Positions 38,670-47,508 of a stretch of 64,000 nucleotides of DNA are shown piece after piece (within the stretch, counting starts at the first letter, position 1; each line of letters opens with the position of its first letter). The stretch comes from Thermoplasmatales archaeon SW_10_69_26. GTDB lineage: Archaea > Thermoplasmatota > SW-10-69-26. The notes beneath the pieces are model-generated. The model made no database searches, had not been told where the DNA came from, and saw only the letters and a program-made list of their open reading frames with translations. The stretch is from NCBI GenBank assembly GCA_003009755.1, contig PXUB01000025.1:14205-78204 (forward strand). Direction: 5' to 3'. Position numbers and translations under genes: made by a program.

Positions 38670-38994
38670 GGTCGACCAGGCCCGGGGCCGACGAAACCGT
38701 TTGGGCCGGGCAGAGAGTTGGACGCTTGCGCCGAAACGATGCAGACGCGGCCAGCCGGCTGCCTGTCACGATGGAGCTGCGGATCGTAGTTCTCGTCGCC
38801 GCGTCGCTCGTCGGCCCCGAGCTGGCGCTGGGTTGGGAGGCGTCGGCCAACGGGTTCCCGCGCGCTCACGGTCCCGAGGGTCCAGCGACGCATCGACGTC
38901 TCCAGCGGCGGCCCTGGGGCCGACCGGCGGCGTCGACCTGCTCGCCGCGTCGACGAACGGCGACGGGGCCGTCCGGGGACGCTGACGCCCAGCC

Positions 38995-40539
38995 TCACTC
39001 GGACGCCGTGGGCGGGTGCCCGTCGGGGTCCTCGGCATCGTCGAGCTCCTCGCGGGGGAGATCCTCGGCCAGCGGGTCCTCGCCTTCGCCCTCCCAGATC
39101 GTGCGTTGGGGGAACGGGATCGTGATGTCGCGTTGGCGGAACCCCTCGTCGATGCGGTTGCGGATCTCGCTGGCGATGCGGAACCGCTCGGGCACCTCAT
39201 TGATGTAGAAGGCCAGCCGGAAGCGCAGCCCGTTGTCGCCGAACGCCTCGAAGAACAGGCGCGGCTCGGAGCCCGAGCCGGAGAGGACGTCGGGGTGCTC
39301 GTTGACCTCGTCGAGGATGACCTCGCGGACCTCGGCCAGCGGCGAGCCGTAGGCGACGGAGAGGTCGAGGTGGATCCGGTAGCGGCGGTCGGGGTAGGCC
39401 AGGTTCGTGACGCGGGAGTTCTCGAGTTCGTTGTTGGGGGCCACGATCATCTCGTGGTTGCGGTAGTAGTACAGGCGGGTGCTGCGCAGCCCGATGCGGT
39501 CGACCCGGCAGACCTCGCCCGTGTCGAGCCGGATCTCGTCGCCCTCGCGGAAGGGCTGATCCATCAGGATGAACAGGCCGCTGAACAGGTTGGCCAGCGT
39601 CGGGCCCAGCGAGTTCGACAACACCAACCCGATCACGACACCGCCGGCCACCAGCCAGCCGAGATCGATGCCGACGCTTTGCAAGACGTAGAACAGCGCG
39701 AAGGCGCCGATCCCGGCGAGCAGCACCTTGCGCAGCACAGGGATGGCGACCTCCTCCCACCTCGTGCCGGTGCGAGGTTGCCCGCGACTTCCGTAATACA
39801 GCAACAAGCTGTCGGCCACGCGGTAGCCGAGGAACGCCAAGGAGACCGCGAAGGCGGCCGTGAGCACGCTTCCGAACGTGCCCGGGATCCCCTCGGGCGG
39901 GGCCAGCCGCCAGGTGTACTTGATGCCGGCGACGACGAGCGTGATGAACAGCGGGCCGTCGATCCGGTCGAGGACCTTGCTGCGCAGGCCTTTCGGGATG
40001 AACGTCATCCCGCGGTCGACCGCGACGTCGTTCATCCGCATCACGGCGAACGCCAGCGTGAGCCAGGTCACCATCTCGAGCGCGAACACGCCGGTCGGGC
40101 CGTCGACCGGGGACGGCAGCGGGTTCTCCCAGCGGTCGAACACCAGCGCCGGCGCCTCGACGGCCGCGATCAGGTTCACGGTATGGCGTTCGGTGGTGGC
40201 GTCGGCCTGGTCGACGAGCGTGATCTGGATCTGACCTTCGTGGCGGCCGGCGCCCAGCGCTTGTCCGTCGGCGAGGACGGTGAGGTTCCTGGTCTCGTTC
40301 GCGGCCAACGTGAACTCGGACGGGGCCACCGACAGGCCCTCCTGGACGCCCTCGCCGAGCTGGGCCTGACCGAACAGGTCACGGTCGACGGGGTTCCGCA
40401 GCTCGATCTCCTGCTCGGCGGCCTCGCCGGTCAACACCTCGAACCGGAGCTCGGTCGGGCTGACGAACGTCTGACCGAGGGCTGGCGCTGTGACGACGAG
40501 GAGGATGCCCAGCGCCAGCAAGCACCGCCTGAGCCGCAC
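38995..40539 (-). CDS. mscS: MscS mechanosensitive channel with extracellular Ig-like N-terminus
   Basis: LANLFSGLFILMDQPFREGD, IGLRST, PNN, VAYGS, IPFPQR. Confidence 0.9.
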   Translation of the reverse strand: MRLRRCLLALGILLVVTAPALGQTFVSPTELRFEVLTGEAAEQEIELRNPVDRDLFGQAQLGEGVQEGLSVAPSEFTLAANETRNLTVLADGQALGAGRHEGQIQITLVDQADATTERHTVNLIAAVEAPALVFDRWENPLPSPVDGPTGVFALEMVTWLTLAFAVMRMNDVAVDRGMTFIPKGLRSKVLDRIDGPLFITLVVAGIKYTWRLAPPEGIPGTFGSVLTAAFAVSLAFLGYRVADSLLLYYGSRGQPRTGTRWEEVAIPVLRKVLLAGIGAFALFYVLQSVGIDLGWLVAGGVVIGLVLSNSLGPTLANLFSGLFILMDQPFREGDEIRLDTGEVCRVDRIGLRSTRLYYYRNHEMIVAPNNELENSRVTNLAYPDRRYRIHLDLSVAYGSPLAEVREVILDEVNEHPDVLSGSGSEPRLFFEAFGDNGLRFRLAFYINEVPERFRIASEIRNRIDEGFRQRDITIPFPQRTIWEGEGEDPLAEDLPREELDDAEDPDGHPPTASE

Positions 40540-40650
40540 GACCGGTCCCACAGGGTCGGCGCTTATGAACATGCGGGGTCCGGCGAGCGCCGGGCTCGAT
40601 GGTCCAGCGGGCAGGAACGCTTATGTGCCGCCAGCGGGGCTGGTGACCTC

Positions 40651-41991
40651 ATGCGAGTTGCCGTCGGTCTCGCTTTGGTCCTGCTCGCGCCCGGGTTCGC
40701 CGGTTGCGTCGGGACGACGAGCGAGGAGGGGATCGATGCCGCCAGCCAGGACGCCGTGAACGCCTCCGACGAGCTCGAGGACGTCCAGGAGGCGCTGGAC
40801 GCCGGCGAGCCCTCGGCCAACGTCGACGTGCTCGGCGCGTGGAAGAACGGCGTGAGCGAGGAGGCCGACCCCCACCAGGACAAGATCTTCGTGGACCGGG
40901 GCGACAAGGTCGCGATCCTCGACGTCTCCAAGAAGGACGACCCCGAGAAGGTCGGCGAGATCGCCGACCTGCCGACGGCGCTCGACGTCAAGGTCAGCGA
41001 CGACGGCAACTACGCCTTCATCGGAGACGACACGTCCGGCAGCACGGAGGCGACCGGCGGCACCGGGCCCTTCACCGGTGGCGTCTACGTGTTCGACGTC
41101 TCCGATCCGCGCTCGCCCGAACGCGTCGCCTACGCCCCCGTCGGCGCCGACCGCGGCCCCCACATGGTGTACTACCAGCAGACCGGGGACGGGCGAGAGC
41201 TGGTGTTCTCCGCCAGCGGCAACGACGTGACGATCCACGAGTTCGACCGGGACGCCGACGAGCTCGAGGAGCTGGCCAGCTACGAGCCCGGTCAGCTCGC
41301 CCAGGACCGCGACCCCAACCGCGTGGGGGCGCTGTACAACCCGCAGGCCTGGCTGCACGACATGTTCGTCATGGAGGAAGAGGACGGCACGCTCATGATG
41401 TACGTGGCCGCCTGGGACGCCGGCTTGCACATCGTCGACGTGACCGACCCCGGCTCGCCCGAGCAGCTGGGCACCTGGAGCGACTTCGGCGACGACGAGG
41501 CCGGCAACCTGCACACAGTCGCCACCGACTGGATCGGCGACCGCCGGATCACCGTCGGATCGGTCGAGGTCGGCTTCGCCGTCGTGGGCGGCACGCTTTA
41601 CGCCACCGGCGACGAGAAGTCCGTCACGTACGTCTGGGACACGACCGATCCCGACCAGCCCGAGCTGCTCGGCACGTGGACCAACCCGGTCGATCCGACG
41701 AGCGGGCGCGACTACGCGCCCGACGAGGAGATCTCGAGCACGCACAACCTCCAGCTCGAGAACGGGCGCATCTACCAGGCTCACTACGACCTGGGGGTTT
41801 GGGTGATCGACGTCTCCACGCCCGCCCACCAGTCCGACCCGGCCACGGTCGGCTACCATTACACGGACGAGATGGGCACCTGGGACGTCGTGCTCAACGA
41901 CGGCGTGATGTACACGAGCGGCGACGTGGGCGTGAAGGCGCTGACGTTCGCCCTCGACGAGCCCGGCAACGGTCTGTTCAGCCGGGCCTGA
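40651..41991 (+). CDS. LVIVD-repeat lipoprotein
   Basis: Lipobox FAGC; GVYVFDVSDP, GLHIVDVTDP, GVWVIDVS; His in PH/LHD/LH/THN. Confidence 0.85.
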   Translation: MRVAVGLALVLLAPGFAGCVGTTSEEGIDAASQDAVNASDELEDVQEALDAGEPSANVDVLGAWKNGVSEEADPHQDKIFVDRGDKVAILDVSKKDDPEKVGEIADLPTALDVKVSDDGNYAFIGDDTSGSTEATGGTGPFTGGVYVFDVSDPRSPERVAYAPVGADRGPHMVYYQQTGDGRELVFSASGNDVTIHEFDRDADELEELASYEPGQLAQDRDPNRVGALYNPQAWLHDMFVMEEEDGTLMMYVAAWDAGLHIVDVTDPGSPEQLGTWSDFGDDEAGNLHTVATDWIGDRRITVGSVEVGFAVVGGTLYATGDEKSVTYVWDTTDPDQPELLGTWTNPVDPTSGRDYAPDEEISSTHNLQLENGRIYQAHYDLGVWVIDVSTPAHQSDPATVGYHYTDEMGTWDVVLNDGVMYTSGDVGVKALTFALDEPGNGLFSRA

Positions 41992-41994
41992 TGC

Positions 41995-44037
41995 TCACGT
42001 GGGCCGGCGGAGGACCGCGGCCCCCGCGAGCGCAGCGGCGAGCACCGCCAGGCCAGCCGCGGGGGTGTCCTGCGTGTCGTCCCCGTCGGTCGTGTTGGCC
42101 GTCGTGTTGTCCGAGGGTTCGGGGTCCCCGTCCGTCTGCGGCGTCGGATCGTCGGCGTCCCGCGGGTCCGAGCCTTGCTCGCACTCGATCCCGTTCGGGA
42201 TGCCGTCCCCGTCGTCGTCCGTGGTCGGGGTCGAGCTCGCCTCGTAGGGGTCCGAGCACTGCTCGAGCTCGACGTCGGTGGCGAGGCCGTCGCCGTCGGG
42301 GTCGCCCCACTCGTTGGGCGTGTGGGGTTGGGGATCGCGGGCGTCGGGCACGCCGTCGTCGTCGCTGTCGAGCACGACCTCGACCGAGACGGGTTCGCTC
42401 CAGTTGCCGGTGGCGTGGCTGTTCGAGGCGCGGACACGGAAGAAGTACGTGCCGTCTCCGTCGACGCGCACCGTCTCGTTCGCGTCGCTGCCGGCCTCGA
42501 TGATCTGGGTCGCGTTCGTGGACTCGCCGCGCCGCTGTTGCTCGATCTGGTAGACGATCGGACCCTCGACAGGGGCCCAGTTGATCGTGAACAGGCCGTC
42601 GCTGTCGCGGTTGGTGCCCTCGAGGCCGGTGGGGGCTTGGATCTCGGGCGTGTCGGGTTGGAAGGCGTCGGTGTTCACGAGGAACGGGAACCGGGTGCTG
42701 GCCTCGCCGGCGGGCCCGGAGGCGTTGACGACGAGGTGGTGGCGGCCGTCCTCGACGTCGCTGGTGTTGACGGTGAGCTTCCACCAGGGCCCGCTGGGAG
42801 CGGCCTGCTGGACGGAGCCGTTGGCTTCCACGTGGCCGGTGACGTCGCTGGCGGGGTCCGCGCTGCGGTCGAGCACGCCGACGAGGAACCGTTGGTCGGT
42901 GCCCGGCTGAGCCAGCCGTCCCGGCTTGGGATCGAGCACGCGCACCAGCGGACCCTCTCCCGGTGTGACCTCGACGACCGTGCCGTTGTGGCCGACGGCC
43001 AGCGCACGGGAGCCGTCGTGGGCGAACGCGCACCCCAGCAGGTCGGGTCCCTGGTGGACGAGCGGGGCCCACATGCGGTCGTCGGCGTACCCGAGCACGT
43101 CCTGCTCGAGCCCGGTCACGAGCGCGTACTCGCCCTCGGGGTGCCAGTCGATGCAGGTCGCTGGGCCGGCGGGTTTGCCCGCGCCCATGTACCGGTAGCT
43201 GTGGTCGTGGCACTCCGAGCGGTTCTCGTGGTCGTGGCAGTCCAGCCGGTCGGCCGACCACGTCATGAAGCTGGCGCCGGGACCGTCGCGGCCGGCGAAC
43301 GTGGCGAAGGTGCCGTTGGGGGCGAACGAGATCGCGTTGAGGAGGGCGTCGCCGCGCTGGAAGCGCCCGTAGATGGCGACGTTGTCCTCTCGCGTCATCT
43401 CGGCGTAGCCGTTCGTGCGCCAGACGGTGCCCAGCACGGCGTCGTCCTCGCGCTGGACGGCGGCCTCGACGAGCGCGTAGTCGGAGGCGGGGTTGAAGTC
43501 GATCGAGCGGAAGAAGGCGCCCTCGCCGCTGTGCACGACCTCGAGCGAGCCGTTGGCGTCGACGCGCAGCAGGCTGGATCCGCTGACGAGCGCGAAGCTG
43601 TCGTCGGAGCTGAACGAGGTGCCGAGGCCGTAGAAGGTCAGGTTGCGGTCGTCGTCGGCGAAGCGGCTTTCCTCCCACACGTCGCGGTAGTCGCCGGGTT
43701 GGCCGTACAGGATCGTGTCGCGCAGCCCGACGACGACCTGGGTGCCATCCGAACGGACGTCGACGTCGACCAGAGCCGGCCCGGACCGGTTGTAGACCTC
43801 CTCGAGACCGGTCCCGGGCGTCCACTCGGCGATCAGGCTGTGCGTGGTGTCACCGTCCTCCCAGGCGCCGACGAGCGTGGCCTGCGTCTGGTTGGGATGG
43901 AAGGCGACCGATCGCCAGGTGACCGAGTCGCCGGTGTCGCTTCGTTGCACCTCGTCGTCGGGCGAGGGCGCCTGATGGAAGGCGGCCGCCGTCGGGACGA
44001 GCAGGAGGAACAGCACGAACAGCGCGAACGCCCGCAC
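41995..44037 (-). CDS. Surface protein: WD40-like propeller, FN3, Ca-binding DxDxDG repeats, PGF-CTERM-like tail
   Basis: SVAFHP/IDFNP/ISFAP/IDWHP repeats; YFFRVRASN..WS; DSDDDGVPD; TPAAGLAVLAAALAGAAVLRR. Confidence 0.8.
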   Translation of the reverse strand: MRAFALFVLFLLLVPTAAAFHQAPSPDDEVQRSDTGDSVTWRSVAFHPNQTQATLVGAWEDGDTTHSLIAEWTPGTGLEEVYNRSGPALVDVDVRSDGTQVVVGLRDTILYGQPGDYRDVWEESRFADDDRNLTFYGLGTSFSSDDSFALVSGSSLLRVDANGSLEVVHSGEGAFFRSIDFNPASDYALVEAAVQREDDAVLGTVWRTNGYAEMTREDNVAIYGRFQRGDALLNAISFAPNGTFATFAGRDGPGASFMTWSADRLDCHDHENRSECHDHSYRYMGAGKPAGPATCIDWHPEGEYALVTGLEQDVLGYADDRMWAPLVHQGPDLLGCAFAHDGSRALAVGHNGTVVEVTPGEGPLVRVLDPKPGRLAQPGTDQRFLVGVLDRSADPASDVTGHVEANGSVQQAAPSGPWWKLTVNTSDVEDGRHHLVVNASGPAGEASTRFPFLVNTDAFQPDTPEIQAPTGLEGTNRDSDGLFTINWAPVEGPIVYQIEQQRRGESTNATQIIEAGSDANETVRVDGDGTYFFRVRASNSHATGNWSEPVSVEVVLDSDDDGVPDARDPQPHTPNEWGDPDGDGLATDVELEQCSDPYEASSTPTTDDDGDGIPNGIECEQGSDPRDADDPTPQTDGDPEPSDNTTANTTDGDDTQDTPAAGLAVLAAALAGAAVLRRPT

Positions 44038-44444
44038 GAGCCCGTCAGGGCGACCGCCGGGAGTTAAGGCTTGCGGAGAGGGCGCACAGCCGGTCGAGAA
44101 GGGAACAGCGGGGAAGAGGGCCAGAGCCCTCACACAGAGACCCAAAGGCACGGAGGAGAGGGAAGGCCAGGATGGGACGAAGGAGGCGGTCGGCGGTGCG
44201 CGTGGGCGGGTCGGCTGGCGAGTTCCTTCGGGAAGGTGTCGAGGGAGGTGGGCAGCGATCGCAGAGGTGGGCCGCTGGGCCGAGCAACCCCGTGCTTGTT
44301 CGTCCGCGACCGACCCGCCTCCGGTGGCCGACCAGATTCGGTCGCTCGGCTTCCTTTGCCCTTCCCTGCCTTGCGGCGCTCACGCTGACCCCCTGCCGTC
44401 TCCTCTGTGAACGTTTATGAACGGGAAGGGGGCTCGCCGCGTCG

Positions 44445-46850
44445 ATGCCCCAGCGCTCGCCGCAGATCGAGGAGAAAGCTTGGGACGTCGACCTGGAGGA
44501 GGACGTCCTGGCGGATCTTCGCGACGAGCCCGTCGACCACGTCGACCCCACGCAAGCCCCGGCCGAGTCGGTGTTCGTCATCGACACGCCCCCGCCGTAC
44601 CCGAGCGGGACCTGGCACATCGGCGCGGTCGCCCAGTACAGCCTGATCGACGTGATCGCTCGCAGCAAGCGGATGAGCGGCGAGCGCGTCCTGTTCCCCT
44701 GGGGACTGGACCGCAACGGGATCAACATCGAGCAGGTCGTCGAGGAGGAGTCCGGCAAGCCCCTGCAGGAGTGGGACCGGGCCGAGTTCGTCGACGAGTG
44801 CCGCGATGCGATCCAGGAGAACAGCGAGAGCCTCGAGCGGACGGCGAAGCGCATCGCGATGAGCTGCAACTTCGAGGACACCTACCGCACCGACGACCCC
44901 GAGTACCGCGCCCTGACGCAGAAGGGCTTCATCCAGCTGTGGAAGGACGGCGCGATCACCGAGGACCTGCGCCCGAACAACTACGATCCCGAGCTGGGGA
45001 CCACGATCGCCGACGCCGAGGTGTTCTACGAGGAGCGCGAGACCGATCTCGTCCACGTCAAGTGGACCGTGAAGGAGTCCCAGGAGGAGATCGTGATCGC
45101 GACGACGCGGCCCGAGCTCATCTGCGCCTGCCAGGCCGTGATCGTCAACCCCGACGACGAGCGCTACCAGCACCTCGTCGGCAAGCACGCCGAGCTGCCG
45201 CTGTACGACCGCACGGTCGAGATCCGCGAGCACCCCCACGTCGACCCCGAGTTCGGGACCGGCACGATGATGGTGTGCTCCTACGGGGACCAGGCCGACG
45301 TGCGCCTGTTCCGCGAGCTGGATCTGGATCCGATCAAGGCGATCGACCAGACCGGCGAGATGACGGAGGCCGCCGGACCCTACGCCGGGCTCGCCGTCGA
45401 GGACGCCCGCGAGAAGATCAAGGAGGATCTCACCTCCAAGGACCTCGTCGCGGAGACCGAGCGCGTCGAGCAGCAGTTCCCGATCAGCGAGCGCTCCGAC
45501 GCCGCCGTCGAGATCGTGCCGATCGAGGAGTGGTACGTCTCGCAGACCGACGTCAAGGACGAGATGCGGCGCATCGCCGAGGAGATGGACTTCCATCCCG
45601 ACAAGCACCGCCAGCTGCTGCTGGACTGGATCGACACCGTGTCCATCGACTGGCCGGTGTCCCGGCGCCGCTACTACCACACCGAGATCCCGATCTGGTA
45701 CCTCGAGGACGAGGACGGCGAGGCCGACTACGTCGTCGTCCCGCCCGAGGGCCCCTACTACAAGCCCTGGCAGGAGGACCCGCCCGAGGACAGCATGGTG
45801 TACGACCGGGAGACGCGCGAGAAGCGCGGTCGCCTGGACGCCTTCCTCGAGGAGTACGACGGGTTGACGGTGCGCGGCGAGGAGAAGGTGTTCGACACCT
45901 GGATGGACTCCAGCCAGTCGAACCTCTTCATCACCGGCTGGCACGAGGACGAGGCGGCCGGCTTCTTCAAGGAGAACTTCCCCGTGGCCCTGCGCCCGCA
46001 GGGTCGCGACATCGTCCGCACCTGGCTGTACTACACGGCGCTCAAGTCCCACCTTCTCGAGGACGACCAGCCGTTCGAGAACGTCTGGATCACCGGCCTC
46101 GGCATGGACGAGCACGGGCGCAAGATGAGCAAGTCGCTGGGGAACGTGATCGAGCCCAGCGAGGTGCTCGACGAGTACGGCGCCGACGCCTTCCGGTTCT
46201 GGATCGCCAGCGAGTGCACGATCGGTGACGACTACCGTGTCCGAGAGGAGAAGATCGAGGGCGCGCGCAAGTTCATCACCAAGCTGTACAACGTCGCCCG
46301 GTTCCTGTCGATGTTCGAGCCGCCCGAGGAGCCGGCCGATCCGGCCACGCACGACGTCAACGCCTGGATCCGTGCCGAGTTCAACGAGACGCGCGACACT
46401 TGCCTGGAGGGCTACGAGGAGTTCGACCCCTTCGAGCCGGCGAACGCGATCCGCGACTTCGTCTGGAACCTCTTCGCGCCCCACTACATGGAGATGGTCA
46501 AGTCCCGCGCCTACGACGACGACTGGGACACGATCCGCACCCTCCAATCCGTCGTCAAGGGTACGATCGAGCTGCTGGCTCCCATCGCCCCGATCGTCAC
46601 CTACCAGCTGTACCGCGAGCTCTACGGCGAGAACGTGCACGAGCAGTCCTTCCCCGACCCGCTCGAAACGGCCGACCCCGGGCTGGCGGATCTGACCGAG
46701 ACGGTCACCGAGTTCAACAGCGACGTGTGGAGCGAGAAGAAGGAGATGGGCATCTCGCTGGGCTCCTCGATCGAGGGCGTGACCGTGCCGGACGAGCTGG
46801 CTCCCTTCGAGCCCGATCTCGTCGACATGCACGGCCTCGAGGACGCCTGA
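44445..46850 (+). CDS. valS: Valyl-tRNA synthetase (archaeal type)
   Basis: IDTPPPYPSG, HIGA, ATTRPE, DWPVSR, DTWMDS, QGRDIVRTW, KMSKS. Confidence 0.96.
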   Translation: MPQRSPQIEEKAWDVDLEEDVLADLRDEPVDHVDPTQAPAESVFVIDTPPPYPSGTWHIGAVAQYSLIDVIARSKRMSGERVLFPWGLDRNGINIEQVVEEESGKPLQEWDRAEFVDECRDAIQENSESLERTAKRIAMSCNFEDTYRTDDPEYRALTQKGFIQLWKDGAITEDLRPNNYDPELGTTIADAEVFYEERETDLVHVKWTVKESQEEIVIATTRPELICACQAVIVNPDDERYQHLVGKHAELPLYDRTVEIREHPHVDPEFGTGTMMVCSYGDQADVRLFRELDLDPIKAIDQTGEMTEAAGPYAGLAVEDAREKIKEDLTSKDLVAETERVEQQFPISERSDAAVEIVPIEEWYVSQTDVKDEMRRIAEEMDFHPDKHRQLLLDWIDTVSIDWPVSRRRYYHTEIPIWYLEDEDGEADYVVVPPEGPYYKPWQEDPPEDSMVYDRETREKRGRLDAFLEEYDGLTVRGEEKVFDTWMDSSQSNLFITGWHEDEAAGFFKENFPVALRPQGRDIVRTWLYYTALKSHLLEDDQPFENVWITGLGMDEHGRKMSKSLGNVIEPSEVLDEYGADAFRFWIASECTIGDDYRVREEKIEGARKFITKLYNVARFLSMFEPPEEPADPATHDVNAWIRAEFNETRDTCLEGYEEFDPFEPANAIRDFVWNLFAPHYMEMVKSRAYDDDWDTIRTLQSVVKGTIELLAPIAPIVTYQLYRELYGENVHEQSFPDPLETADPGLADLTETVTEFNSDVWSEKKEMGISLGSSIEGVTVPDELAPFEPDLVDMHGLEDA

Positions 46851-46862
46851 GGGGGACCCACG

Positions 46863-47480
46863 ATGACGGAAGCGCTGCGATCGGCGACACGCTGGATGGC
46901 CGCGGCCACCGCCATCGCCGCCGTCGCCTTCGGCTTGCTCACCGCCGGCCAGCTCGACCTCGCGACGTACGCGGGCCTGGCGGGCGCCCTCCTGTACGCG
47001 CTCGCCGGTCTCCGCATCGATCGCGCACTGGCGGACCGGGACGCCGGGGACCGCATCGACTACCCGTTCCCCCTCGGCCAGCGCGGCCGTCGGCTCGCTT
47101 GGACGGCGCTCGTGGCGGCCATCGGCATCGCCGGCTTCACGTTCGCTGCCCCCGTGTCGGTCGCTCTCCTCGGGGATCTGGGCCTGATCCTGGCCGGCGC
47201 CGGGGCCCTGCTGGCGCCGCCGATGGTGGTCATGGTCGCGATCTGGACCGCCGACGGGCTCTCCCTGCGCAGCGGTCACGAGGCCCCAGGCGACCCACTG
47301 ATCGGGGCGGCCGGCGCGCTCGCGCTGGCGCTCGTGTTGGCCGTGGTCACCGCCACCACCCAGTTCCAGGCCAGCTTCGTGCTGCTGGCGGCTTTCGGCG
47401 GTCTCGTGCCGGCCCTGTTCACGCTGTGGAGCCTGATCCGGCTCGACCAGGCGCTGGCCACCCTTGTCCCCTCAGCTTAA
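46863..47480 (+). CDS. Multi-pass membrane protein
   Basis: About six hydrophobic segments; directly follows valS. Confidence 0.7.
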   Translation: MTEALRSATRWMAAATAIAAVAFGLLTAGQLDLATYAGLAGALLYALAGLRIDRALADRDAGDRIDYPFPLGQRGRRLAWTALVAAIGIAGFTFAAPVSVALLGDLGLILAGAGALLAPPMVVMVAIWTADGLSLRSGHEAPGDPLIGAAGALALALVLAVVTATTQFQASFVLLAAFGGLVPALFTLWSLIRLDQALATLVPSA

Positions 47481-47508
47481 CCAGGCGCGAGGCGTTGGGC
47501 CCGCGACC

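Noticed and set aside
38771-38985. Signal-peptide-like short ORF (MELRIVVLVAASLVG...)
   Set aside because: Degenerates quickly into non-protein-like sequence; at most a remnant
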